From assembly GCA_030647205.1 (NCBI GenBank), contig JAUSJO010000002.1, positions 177,112-241,111 on the forward strand: a stretch of DNA of 64,000 nucleotides, written 5' to 3'. Under the pieces are notes generated by a model. It did not search any database, was not told where the DNA came from, and saw nothing but the letters and a program-made list of their open reading frames with translations. The stretch is from a bacterium (lineage in GTDB: Bacteria; Patescibacteriota; CPR2; UBA1875; JAJYID01). Positions 38,314-47,562 of the stretch are shown in pieces (position 1 is the stretch's first letter; each line of letters starts with the position of its first letter). The translations under genes were made by a program, and so were the position numbers.

Positions 38314-40074
38314 ATGAAAAATCTGAAGAAATTATATCAAATAATGAAACCTCTGAAATGGGTAATAATTTTACTCTCTTTTTTGGCTATTTTAGAGTCT
38401 GTTTTAGGCGTTGTTACGCCGCTGGTTTATAAAGTTATCGTAAATAATATTACGAATATTGTAAGCGGGGCATTAACGAAAGATGCCGGTATAAGGAACA
38501 TGATATATGTAACTATACTTTTACTTTTAATCTTCGCGGTCACGACTATTAGTTACATTCTAAAGAGTTATTATGGTCCAAAACTTGAAGTTCAGACACA
38601 AAGGCTGATAAGAGAAAGAATATTCAATCATCTTACCGAGCTATCAGTTGATTTCTATGAAAAAGAACGCGTCGGTTCTCTTATGAGTAAATTTAACAGG
38701 GGAATAAGCAGAGGCAGTTCCCTTATGAGTCAGATAGTGAACTGGCTGGCTTCTCAGTTGTTGACCGGTATTTTTTCTATGGTAATGATATTTGTTATTG
38801 ATTGGCAAGCGGGGCTTATAGTTCTTGGTTGCACATTTATATATCTATTTAACACTTCCAGATTAGTGAAGAAAGTTAACCCGTTACACAAAGCCATTAA
38901 CAAAAAATATGATAGTATAAGCGGTCAAATATTTGAAGTTGCCTCAGGGATACATACTGTTAAGTCCTTTGCCCAAGAAGACAATGAGACACTTTCGTTT
39001 GTCAAACGCAATAGCAGCTGGGTGGATATGAGCCTGGAAAGAGCTAAGAAAAGGGCTGTTTATGTTTTGGGACGCCACACGATTATTGATTTTGCGGGAG
39101 TGGTGATAATGGTTATGGCGGGGTTTAAGGCACTAAACGGTCAAATTACACCCGGAGACATTGTCCTCTACGTAACGTATATCAGGTATATAATTTGGCC
39201 GCTTAGCAACTTGACCTGGCTTTATGATGATGGCCAGGAAGCAATGCGTTCTATTGAGGACATCTTCGAATTTTTGGAAACGAAGCCAAGCGTACAAGAT
39301 ACTAAAAACGCAGAAAATATTGGAAAGGTCAGTGGAAACATTGAGTTTTCAAATGTTGGCTTTAGCTATCGTGAGCAGACAAAGGTTCTAGATAAGATAT
39401 CTTTTATCGCTAAACCCGGGGAATCTATCGCGCTGGTGGGTCCATCAGGAACAGGCAAGTCAACTATTGCCAAGCTTCTGATCCGATTTTATGATGCAAC
39501 CGAAGGAAAAATCCTTATAGATGGGAAGGATATCAGAAATATAACCCAAAAGTCTCTCAGGAAAAACATTGGTGTAGTCCAGCAGGAAGCTATGCTTTTT
39601 AACCAAAGCATAAAGAAAAATATTGGCTATGGAACCCCTAGTGCAAAAATTAAAGACATAGAAAGGGCAGCAAAGGCGGCAAACATTCATGATTTTATTA
39701 TGGGCTTGCCGGAAGGTTATAACACTTTGGTTGGTGAAAGAGGAATCAAACTTTCCGGAGGAGAAAAACAAAGGGTTGCTATCGCTCGCGCGCTACTCAA
39801 AAATCCGCCAATCCTTATTCTTGATGAAGCTACATCTCACCTTGACTCGAAGTCGGAACAGTTGGTGCAGGAAGCTATTTGGAGGCTTATAGAAGGCAGG
39901 ACGACGGTTATTATCGCTCATCGTCTAGCTACTGTTATGAAGGCGGACAAAATAATAGTGATCCAAAAGGGCAAGATTATTGAAGAAGACACCCACGAAG
40001 AGCTGGTTGCCGCGGGAGGACTTTATGAAGAACTATTTAAGATTCAGTCAGGGGCAATGCTCTCGGAGGATTAG
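38314..40074 (+). CDS. ABC exporter, fused TMD-NBD (ABCB/MsbA type)
   Basis: 6-TM N-terminal half; Walker A GPSGTGKST, signature [15 protein letters not shown], Walker B ILDEATSHLD. Confidence 0.85.
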   Translation: MKNLKKLYQIMKPLKWVIILLSFLAILESVLGVVTPLVYKVIVNNITNIVSGALTKDAGIRNMIYVTILLLLIFAVTTISYILKSYYGPKLEVQTQRLIRERIFNHLTELSVDFYEKERVGSLMSKFNRGISRGSSLMSQIVNWLASQLLTGIFSMVMIFVIDWQAGLIVLGCTFIYLFNTSRLVKKVNPLHKAINKKYDSISGQIFEVASGIHTVKSFAQEDNETLSFVKRNSSWVDMSLERAKKRAVYVLGRHTIIDFAGVVIMVMAGFKALNGQITPGDIVLYVTYIRYIIWPLSNLTWLYDDGQEAMRSIEDIFEFLETKPSVQDTKNAENIGKVSGNIEFSNVGFSYREQTKVLDKISFIAKPGESIALVGPSGTGKSTIAKLLIRFYDATEGKILIDGKDIRNITQKSLRKNIGVVQQEAMLFNQSIKKNIGYGTPSAKIKDIERAAKAANIHDFIMGLPEGYNTLVGERGIKLSGGEKQRVAIARALLKNPPILILDEATSHLDSKSEQLVQEAIWRLIEGRTTVIIAHRLATVMKADKIIVIQKGKIIEEDTHEELVAAGGLYEELFKIQSGAMLSED

Positions 40075-40496
40075 TTAGTCTCTAGCTTAGGTTGAACTTT
40101 TTCCAAATAATCCTTTAAGTTCTGATAACTTAGTCTTTTTGATACTTGTTCAAGCGGGACCCACTCAACTTTATCGTGATCAAACTCTGCTCTTAAGTTC
40201 TCGGTGGTTGGTTTTGCCAAGAACATATACTGTCTCACATCTCCATCATGGTCATTGTGGTAGTAAATAGTAGGCAAGATTTTTATAATTTCAATCTCAA
40301 GTCCGGTTTCTTCGCGGATTTCTCTTATAGTTGTTTCCTCAGGAGTTTCACCCTTTTCCATTCCGCCTTTTGGGAAGCTCCAGTCTTTTAGGTATTCTCT
40401 TTCACGATACTCCAGTAAAACCTCCGTTACTCCTTTGTTGTCGTGAACGATGATTGCTCCGGCTTTTTCAAAATATGTTTTGGTTTCTTCATTCAT
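40071..40496 (-). CDS. NUDIX hydrolase
   Basis: Nudix box GGMEKGETPEETTIREIREETGL. Confidence 0.75.
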   Translation of the reverse strand: MNEETKTYFEKAGAIIVHDNKGVTEVLLEYREREYLKDWSFPKGGMEKGETPEETTIREIREETGLEIEIIKILPTIYYHNDHDGDVRQYMFLAKPTTENLRAEFDHDKVEWVPLEQVSKRLSYQNLKDYLEKVQPKLETN

Positions 40497-40538
40497 ATGT
40501 CTTTAAGTATAGCATAAGCTTTGAAACTTTTTTGAATA

Positions 40539-41561
40539 GTGGTATTATCTAAACATATTATGAAAGCTTTATCTATTATAGTCTTGATTATCATCTTCCC
40601 GCTATTTTTTCTGGCAATTTTTGGCCTGTCTCTAAAGTTTACTGTCCAAAATAAAAATTTCATAAAGAAGGAGCTAAAAAGCCAAGAAGCTTATAACAAA
40701 ATCAATAGAAATCTTCCAGAAATCGTTAGTCTTTTCCCTGAAAATAAAGAGGGAGGGGGTGTCGCTCAGGTTTTCACAAACGTAGCACTCGGAAATATTT
40801 TAAAAGAAGCACTGACACCACAAATTTTAGAAGAAAATACAGAGTTATTACTGGATGGTAAACAGGCTAGTGAAAATCAACAAAAGCGTTTTAGTGACAG
40901 TATAATGAAGATAGTTGAAGCTAAATATAACACTCTGCCCGTTTGCTCTCCAAATCAAGACACAAGTGAGATGACATGCCGGCCGGCTGGTGTTTCTTTC
41001 GAACAGTTGCAGAGCCAGTTGCCTGCAGATAGTGTCCTGCACATCACAAATGCGGATGGGGAGTTTAAAATAACACAAATGACCGATAAAGAAGCTAGTG
41101 ATGCAAGCCAAGATCCTCAAGCTTCACAGCCTCAGAACAACTCAAGCCTATCGTTGCTTTCCATGATTGGTAAACTAACCTATATATTGCCAGTTATTCT
41201 ATTTTTCATAATTCTTTTTTTGGCACGCGGTTTTGCCGGAAACTGGCGGGGAATGGGGAAGATTTTCGGAATCTTCCTTGCAGTTCTTTCGACACTCAGC
41301 CTTCTAGTTAGCCTTTTGCTTTCTCTCTTTAACAAAAACTTGGCATCTTTGATTGCAGGATTCGCGAACGGTCTCCCGAAGTTAAAAAATGATCTCATAT
41401 TGCCGATGGTTCAAGACATTTTTTCTAAGATCAGTTCTATGGAGATGAAGATTTCAGTGGCCCTGATCGTTTTTGGGATTATTATGATAGTTGGGTCATG
41501 GGTTCTGAACAAGTTTGTTTTTAAAAAACGAGATGTTACAAAAATCGAAACAGAAAAATAA
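40539..41561 (+). CDS. Membrane protein with large extracytoplasmic domain, unknown function
   Basis: N-terminal TM, C-terminal 4 TM; no motif. Confidence 0.35.
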   Translation: MVLSKHIMKALSIIVLIIIFPLFFLAIFGLSLKFTVQNKNFIKKELKSQEAYNKINRNLPEIVSLFPENKEGGGVAQVFTNVALGNILKEALTPQILEENTELLLDGKQASENQQKRFSDSIMKIVEAKYNTLPVCSPNQDTSEMTCRPAGVSFEQLQSQLPADSVLHITNADGEFKITQMTDKEASDASQDPQASQPQNNSSLSLLSMIGKLTYILPVILFFIILFLARGFAGNWRGMGKIFGIFLAVLSTLSLLVSLLLSLFNKNLASLIAGFANGLPKLKNDLILPMVQDIFSKISSMEMKISVALIVFGIIMIVGSWVLNKFVFKKRDVTKIETEK

Positions 41562-41660
41562 AGGCCTTTATTTTTAAAATTGTTTTAGTTGTCTCTACGA
41601 GTGTAGTATTTTACTTATTTGCCGGGGCGAAGAAAAATCCTTTTGTTAACAATAATGATT

Positions 41661-41690
41661 GACTTTTTTTAAAAAATGACTATAATTGTG
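41661..41690 (+). promoter_or_regulatory. Sigma70-like promoter TTGACT-N17-TATAAT upstream of ABC-F leader
   Basis: read directly. Confidence 0.5.
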
Positions 41691-41718
41691 ACATCCAAAG
41701 CGGAAGTAACTTGACAGA

Positions 41719-41754
41719 CATGAATGTCTTCGAGCGTATCTATGTTAATCTCTA
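41719..41754 (+). promoter_or_regulatory. Candidate leader uORF (MNVFERIYVNL*) in 5' UTR of ABC-F gene, overlapping AGACATgaATGTCT palindrome
   Basis: short ORF with own start/stop 24 nt before ABC-F RBS GAGGAGG. Confidence 0.35.
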
Positions 41755-41777
41755 AATATCCGAGGAGGTGGTAAAAG

Positions 41778-43451
41778 ATGATAAAAATCAGCAACCTTTC
41801 AAAGTCATATGAAGTGGGGAAAGTCCTATCTCATGTAAACCTTGTCGTAAACGAGGGTGAAAAAGTCGGCTTAGTTGGTCCTAACGGAGTAGGTAAGTCA
41901 ACTTTGCTTAAACTTGTGGCTGGCAAGGAGCGTTCTGATGAGGGAAGTATCCAACTGGAGAAAAATGATAAAGTTGGGTATCTTGCTCAAGAAGTAAATC
42001 CTTCATCTCCATCTCAGACCGTACGAGATTTTCTCCTTTTTCCGTTTGCTGAGCTGATGAAGATAGAAGAAGAGATGAACGGACTTACGGAAAAGATCTC
42101 TGAGGCTGAAGGAGAAAAACAACAGAAACTGCTGTATGAGTATGGTGACCTTCAAGAAAAGTTCATGAAAGGTGATGGTTATGAGATTGAAACACGTCTC
42201 AAACAGATTGCCGAGGGACTTAGCTTGAAACCACTAATGGACTTAAAAATGTCTTCTCTTAGCGGTGGCCAGAAAGCAAGAGTATCAATAGGCCAAATGC
42301 TGATGGAAAATCCAACGATACTTTTGTTGGATGAGCCGACAAATCATCTTGATCTTCCTTCATTGTTATGGCTAGAAAGCTATATTATGAAAGATAATCG
42401 TCCACTAATAGTAGTGTCACATGACCGGCGTTTCTTGGATAAGACCGTATCTCGAGTAGTCGAGGTTGATCCGTTCAGTCATGAGGTTACTTCTTTTGGA
42501 GGAAACTACAGTGATTATCTGGAGGAAAAAAAGAGATTAAGAGAGAGGCAGTTGCAGAACTATGAGCAGCAGCAGAAGAGGTTCGATAAGCTCGATGAAG
42601 ACATCAAAAAAACGAAGGGTCAGGCACTAAGGACAGAAACGTCAACGAAGAATGACGTCTTACGGAGATATGCCAAGAAGGTTGCCAAGAAGGCGAAGTC
42701 AAGAGAGAACAGGCTACAAAAGATGAAAGAGTCTGAGGAAGCTATAGAGAAGCCGAGGGAGAAAGATAAACCAAAGCTGAAACTAAAAACTTCCGGTAAG
42801 GGCGGTAACCTGCTTGTGAAGCTTTCCGGTATATCGATAGCTTTCGGTAAAAAAGAACTGCTGAGAGATGTCGAAATATCTATAAGGTCCGGAGATCACA
42901 TAGCTATACTGGGCAGTAATGGTAGTGGTAAATCAACTCTTCTGAAGATACTTCTGGAAGAGATAAAGCCTAATGCCGGGATAGTAGAGAAAGGGAAAGA
43001 TGTCAGTGTTGGATACTTGCCCCAGGAATATGGCCATCTTCCTAAAGAGAAGAAAGCTCTGGAATGGTTCAGAAGCCAGGTCGTGATGCATGAAGATGAG
43101 GCAAGGTCCTTATTGGGCAGTTTATCTTTCTCTCAGGATGTTCTCTTTAGCCCGATAGGTAAACTTAGTCGAGGCGAAGTGGCGCGACTGCTTCTGGCAG
43201 TCTTGGTAGCCGGTGATTATGATCTTATCCTTCTGGATGAGCCTACTAATCATCTTGATCTCGACTCACTAAGTGCTATGGAGGAAGCTCTGACGAGCTA
43301 TAAAGGGTCAGTTGTGCTGGTTACTCACGACAGATACTTTCTTGACAAAGTAGGTATCGATGAAGTGCTAGCACTTGAAGATTGCCAACTCAAAAAGTTT
43401 TCCTCTTGGAAAGCCTATGAGAAGGCGGTAACTACTCAAGATCGGAGGTGA
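41778..43451 (+). CDS. ABC-F family ATPase (two NBDs, long inter-domain linker; translation-factor type)
   Basis: two Walker A (GPNGVGKST; GSNGSGKST), two signature motifs (LSGGQKARVSIG; LSRGEVARL), charged ~100-aa linker. Confidence 0.8.
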   Translation: MIKISNLSKSYEVGKVLSHVNLVVNEGEKVGLVGPNGVGKSTLLKLVAGKERSDEGSIQLEKNDKVGYLAQEVNPSSPSQTVRDFLLFPFAELMKIEEEMNGLTEKISEAEGEKQQKLLYEYGDLQEKFMKGDGYEIETRLKQIAEGLSLKPLMDLKMSSLSGGQKARVSIGQMLMENPTILLLDEPTNHLDLPSLLWLESYIMKDNRPLIVVSHDRRFLDKTVSRVVEVDPFSHEVTSFGGNYSDYLEEKKRLRERQLQNYEQQQKRFDKLDEDIKKTKGQALRTETSTKNDVLRRYAKKVAKKAKSRENRLQKMKESEEAIEKPREKDKPKLKLKTSGKGGNLLVKLSGISIAFGKKELLRDVEISIRSGDHIAILGSNGSGKSTLLKILLEEIKPNAGIVEKGKDVSVGYLPQEYGHLPKEKKALEWFRSQVVMHEDEARSLLGSLSFSQDVLFSPIGKLSRGEVARLLLAVLVAGDYDLILLDEPTNHLDLDSLSAMEEALTSYKGSVVLVTHDRYFLDKVGIDEVLALEDCQLKKFSSWKAYEKAVTTQDRR

Positions 43452-43639
43452 AAACTATGACACAAGAACCTGAGGTACAAACCCATCGCCTCTGTCACAT
43501 TGATCAGAACTGTTGCCCTGAGGTAGCAGTTGGTCGTGAGACGGTAAGTATCACCGATGATGATGGCGGGAGGGTGGAGCTGCCAGTGTCCGCTTGGAAC
43601 ATCCTGAAAGATAGGATTTCCAGCGGGGAAATCACGTAG
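43448..43639 (+). CDS. Small Cys-containing peptide (63 aa): candidate RiPP precursor or truncated PqqD-like RRE
   Basis: CHIDQNCCPE cluster; start overlaps ABC-F stop (ATGA); followed by strong terminator then rSAM gene. Confidence 0.4.
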   Translation: MKTMTQEPEVQTHRLCHIDQNCCPEVAVGRETVSITDDDGGRVELPVSAWNILKDRISSGEIT

Positions 43640-43656
43640 TTGTTTTACTAGATCGT

Positions 43657-43692
43657 ATGGGGGTGTACTTTGTACACCCCCTTCTTTTTTAG
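43657..43692 (+). terminator. Intrinsic terminator GGGGGTGTAC-TTT-GTACACCCCC + T-run between peptide gene and radical-SAM gene
   Basis: 10-bp perfect stem read directly. Confidence 0.7.
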
Positions 43693-43704
43693 AAGGAGGC
43701 ATTG

Positions 43705-44694
43705 ATGGTTGATTTACCTTTGTATGTATTGACGACCACAAGATGCAACTTTGTGTGTAGATACTGTTTTGAGGAAGGAATACCTCAGTCGGATATGCTA
43801 CCCACCATTAAGGACAAGATGATAAGTTTTATAGAAGGAATAGTCGTTAGTAAAGGTATATCGTCTATAAATCTTACGTTGTTTGGAGGGGAACCCTTGA
43901 TGACGGGGATGTCTCCCGAAGTTGCAAAAGACATAAAAGAAGTTGCAGTTTCAAGAAGTACTGACTACCATTTGAGCCTAATAACTAATGGCTATCTTCT
44001 TTCTCCAACCACTCTAGAGAAGTTAGTTGGCTTGGGGTTAGACAAAGTCATAGTGAGTATTGATGGTTCAGAGAAACAACACAACAGGAACAGACCGTTG
44101 AAAAATGGCGACCCGACTTTCGATATGATTGTCGACAATGTTGAAGCTGTTTTGCCTGTTGTACCAGTCGTTATCCGGGTGAATTATTATCCCGGCGAAA
44201 TTGCTGAGGTTATAAAGGGGCTTAAAAGAATAAAAGAGATGGGAGCTAACAGCGTATACTTTTCTCCGATACGCCCTTCTTCAGAAAAAAGTTGTGGAGA
44301 AGTGCCAGCAAGCAAGAACGATTTTGATGAACTGGTGATTCTTCATAAGAGTGCGAAAGAGATGGGGCTACTACCACATGACGATTATAGGTTCGGACCC
44401 TGTATGGCTCACCATCCTCATGCAATGGTCATAAATCCTTCCGGCGAGATATATAAATGTTTGTATGGCGTTGGAAGGTCATTTTGTCGGTCAGGAAGTA
44501 TCTTTGATGGTTATAAGCCAAATCAAAGAATAGTGCAAAAGGAGTATATGTCCGATAAGTGTCATTTGTGTGAACTGCTTCCCTTTTGTTTTGGAGGATG
44601 TAGATATGACGCTTATCAGAGTACAGGATCTTTCGAGGGTACCGTTTGCAAAAAGGGTGGTCTTGGAAGATTACGTAAGATCAAAAAAATGTAA
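43705..44694 (+). CDS. Radical SAM enzyme with C-terminal SPASM-type auxiliary Fe-S domain
   Basis: CNFVCRYC (CxxxCxxC) after RBS AGAAGGAGG; C-terminal Cys cluster C..C....C...C.LC...C.GGC. Confidence 0.75.
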   Translation: MVDLPLYVLTTTRCNFVCRYCFEEGIPQSDMLPTIKDKMISFIEGIVVSKGISSINLTLFGGEPLMTGMSPEVAKDIKEVAVSRSTDYHLSLITNGYLLSPTTLEKLVGLGLDKVIVSIDGSEKQHNRNRPLKNGDPTFDMIVDNVEAVLPVVPVVIRVNYYPGEIAEVIKGLKRIKEMGANSVYFSPIRPSSEKSCGEVPASKNDFDELVILHKSAKEMGLLPHDDYRFGPCMAHHPHAMVINPSGEIYKCLYGVGRSFCRSGSIFDGYKPNQRIVQKEYMSDKCHLCELLPFCFGGCRYDAYQSTGSFEGTVCKKGGLGRLRKIKKM

Positions 44695-44799
44695 CAAAAA
44701 GGCAGGCTTTTAAGCCATTTGCGGATTTGCCTTGGACTCTAGCAGTCTAAAACCGCTTTTTAACTTTTTATATTATTATTTTAAGAGTAAGATTTTATT

Positions 44800-45723
44800 A
44801 TGAACCGATTTATCGAAACATATCAAAGAAAGCCAGCGGATATACTAAATCTCATCAAACAAATATCTGGGAACCTTGATGTCAAAACTATTTCAGATTT
44901 TTGTGAAGCAGAATATCAGCTTTTTTCAATTTTCCAATATGAGAGGGATATTTTAGATGTCAGCGGGACTGGAGGCGCGGAATATGATACGGTGAATGTT
45001 GGGACTATCAGTGCTTTCATTCTGGCTTCTTTAGATATCCCTGTAGCTAAACTATCATTTCCCAGTTACTCTGGCTCTCTAGGAAGTGAAAATATACTAA
45101 AAAAATATGGTATTCCTATTAGAATCTCTCGAGAAGAAATATTTAAAGATTTAGACAAATTCAACTTATGTTTTTTGCAGCGTGAGTATAGTTTAGAAGG
45201 ACTGGAAAGAAACAAGAAAACAGCAGAAATAGCTAATATGATGCCTCGAAGGTCTATATTTAGGTTACTTGGCCCACTTTGCCATCCTTTAAAGCCGGAT
45301 TTTAGGGTTTATGGCCTTGCCAAAAACACTGAAGGCGAGGCTATAAGCTGCTATTTAAGGGAAAACACAAAAAGGTACATGGTTGTTTCTGGTAAAAGTG
45401 GCATAGACGAAGTAGATATTTGTGAGTCTACAGATATTTGGGAAAATGATGGATCATACAGCCTAGATGTAGAGACACTAGGCCTTAAAAAAGAATCCAT
45501 AAAAGACATACAGGTTGGTAATGTAAAGAGCGAAGAGTTATTTTTGAAAATCTTGAATAATCAAGTCGGGGGACCCTTAGCTGAGCTTGTTTTAATAAAT
45601 GTTGCGGCAGGTATCAAGGTGGTGAGGGGAACGGACTGGGAGAAGAGTTATAAAATAGCAGAAGACGAACTAAAGTCAGGAAGACCTTTTGAGATATTTA
45701 GGCAAATGAGCTTGTTACCATGA
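44800..45723 (+). CDS. TrpD-like / glycosyltransferase-family-3 fold protein, divergent (GTGGA instead of GTGGD)
   Basis: LDVSGTGGAEYDTVNVGTISAFILASLDIPVAKLS resembles anthranilate phosphoribosyltransferase PRPP-binding region. Confidence 0.4.
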   Translation: MNRFIETYQRKPADILNLIKQISGNLDVKTISDFCEAEYQLFSIFQYERDILDVSGTGGAEYDTVNVGTISAFILASLDIPVAKLSFPSYSGSLGSENILKKYGIPIRISREEIFKDLDKFNLCFLQREYSLEGLERNKKTAEIANMMPRRSIFRLLGPLCHPLKPDFRVYGLAKNTEGEAISCYLRENTKRYMVVSGKSGIDEVDICESTDIWENDGSYSLDVETLGLKKESIKDIQVGNVKSEELFLKILNNQVGGPLAELVLINVAAGIKVVRGTDWEKSYKIAEDELKSGRPFEIFRQMSLLP

Positions 45724-46166
45724 ACTCTGATTTGTTAAATATTCTGATAGAACAGCTGAAGGAAGATAAAAGTATTGTCTTGGTTGGTCCCACTGACTTG
45801 GGGAAGACACATTTTGTAGCTAGCCAGCTCTTACCTGCTCTAGGAAAAGCAGGCATAGATGCGCGGATGGTCAAAGATTGTGACGAGGACTTCAATATTC
45901 TTGAAGGAGTCGATATTGCTATCTTCGATGAGGTTGAGACGTTTATAGATAGAGAGTTTCTAGAGAAAAGACATCCGGAGGAAATACCGTATTATACGTC
46001 TATGTATGCTAAAAAAGTTCTGGGGTGGTTTGATAAGCTAGGAAAGGTAGAAATACCCGCTGTTTATATTATTACGAGAAACGAAAAAGAAGAGGTTGAA
46101 TATCTTGTAGAAAATATGCGCCTTACTGACTGGGGTCGAAAAGTAAAAACCCTATCTTTCCTGTAG
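45720..46166 (+). CDS. Small P-loop NTPase
   Basis: Walker A GPTDLGKT, Walker B IAIFDEVE; ATGA overlap with upstream gene. Confidence 0.45.
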   Translation: MNSDLLNILIEQLKEDKSIVLVGPTDLGKTHFVASQLLPALGKAGIDARMVKDCDEDFNILEGVDIAIFDEVETFIDREFLEKRHPEEIPYYTSMYAKKVLGWFDKLGKVEIPAVYIITRNEKEEVEYLVENMRLTDWGRKVKTLSFL

Positions 46167-46255
46167 ATTGTAGGAACTTTCCGTTTGATTTTGGGGGTCA
46201 TTAAAATGGGTCGTTTATCACGCCTGGTAAGGCCGACATATAATAGCCGGATATT

Positions 46256-46495
46256 TTATTTTTTAGTAGTTTCTGATACGGCTTGGCCGAGAGGAGTAAG
46301 TACGTAGCGGTCTACGGGCTTTTCCTCTATAATCTTCAGAAAGCCGAGCCTACCGAGCTTCAGGATACTCTTGTCTAGCTCTTCGCTTGCGCATTCTATG
46401 CCGCCACGAGCAAGCGATCTCTTCACTTCGGAGAATGTCTTTGGCTCCTGCGTCAGGGTGGCCAAGATCATTGTCCCGATCTTCTTCGTGCCCAT
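46256..46495 (-). CDS. Small winged-helix transcriptional regulator
   Basis: 79 aa, HTH-like segment TFSEVKRSLARGGIECASEELDKSILKLGRLGFL; GC-elevated. Confidence 0.4.
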   Translation of the reverse strand: MGTKKIGTMILATLTQEPKTFSEVKRSLARGGIECASEELDKSILKLGRLGFLKIIEEKPVDRYVLTPLGQAVSETTKK

Positions 46496-46932
46496 TTTTG
46501 CCTCCGGTGTTAAATGATATTCAACCCCCCGAAAACTTCAGGCACCCCCATGAAAAAAGAGAGTCTAAAAGACTCTCTTTGTTTCTAAAATTTGGTTTTA
46601 AGAAACAAATACGTTATTGATTCTCTGCAAACTAATAACTGTTTCTCCATTAATTATTTTGCTTATTTTATTTGCCCTTATTATAAGCATTTCCGGAAAA
46701 TTGTCAATAATATTTTACAAAAATTCCTTATTTATCTCATGAATTATGTTAGAATAAAGGCGGAGAACAGCATAAATTCGTTGACAAAAAAAGCGTAATG
46801 TTGTATCATCTATCTCCAAGAGTTCTTTTACAGCTGAATATGTAGTTTCTCAACACTTGTATAACGCCTTTTGGCTAGATATATATCTCCAGTTTGGAGC
46901 TTAGATAAAAGGGAAAAAGGGAAAGGGTTGTC

Positions 46933-47562
46933 ATGAAACACGGTAACAAAATGTATAGCTTTAAGATCTGCGAAAACGAGGTTGAAAGGATAGCCTCACG
47001 AGAGCTCAGATTTGAGGTGTTTTGTGTGGAAAAGGGTTGGATAGACCCAAGTCAATTTCCAAACAGTCAGGAATTCGACGAATTCGATGATTATGCAAAG
47101 CACATCATTGCTCTAAATGAAAAAGGCGATGTTATCGGCACTGCCCGTGTGATAATGCCGTCCGCCGCAGGACTTCCGATAGAAAAACTGCTTTTGGAGG
47201 ATCAGCTTGATCCCAGTGAGACAGTGGAAGTTTCAAGGCTTGCAGTCCGCGAGGATGCTAGGGGCAACGAGTCAGTTGTGTTTTTCGGCGTAACACGACT
47301 GATGTGGAAGTACGTATCGACTCAGCCTATCAACTACTGGGCTGCATCTGTCGATGTACCTCTCTACAATCGTCTTGAGAGGCTGGGAATGCCATTTATT
47401 GAAGTGGCAGAACCAACATTCTACGTCGGATCGGAATCGGTGCCATTTGTGGCCGACTTTCACAAGACCGAAGATGTCCTCTTCGGTGCCTTTGTAAATC
47501 GCGTTATGTCAAGGATGGGAGGTGGTCAAGATGATACCTTACGAAGCGCTAACAGCGCGTAA
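46933..47562 (+). CDS. GNAT-fold N-acyl amino acid synthase / autoinducer-synthase-like acyltransferase
   Basis: ELRFEVFCVEKGW motif characteristic of LuxI-like/N-acyl amino acid synthase GNATs. Confidence 0.5.
   Translation: MKHGNKMYSFKICENEVERIASRELRFEVFCVEKGWIDPSQFPNSQEFDEFDDYAKHIIALNEKGDVIGTARVIMPSAAGLPIEKLLLEDQLDPSETVEVSRLAVREDARGNESVVFFGVTRLMWKYVSTQPINYWAASVDVPLYNRLERLGMPFIEVAEPTFYVGSESVPFVADFHKTEDVLFGAFVNRVMSRMGGGQDDTLRSANSA

Noticed and set aside
43448-43639. Calling the 63-aa ORF a definite precursor peptide (e.g. SCIFF or mycofactocin MftA)
   Set aside because: Cys pattern and C-terminus do not match SCIFF or MftA signatures; C-terminal half looks more like a partial PqqD-type fold. 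Kept as an uncertain candidate only.
46496-46932. Several short ORFs (77 and 68 aa) in the AT-rich spacer
   Set aside because: Low-complexity AT-rich translations without RBS or motifs; region more plausibly promoter/terminator DNA (hairpin AGAGAGTCTaaaAGACTCTCT at ~46553-46585).
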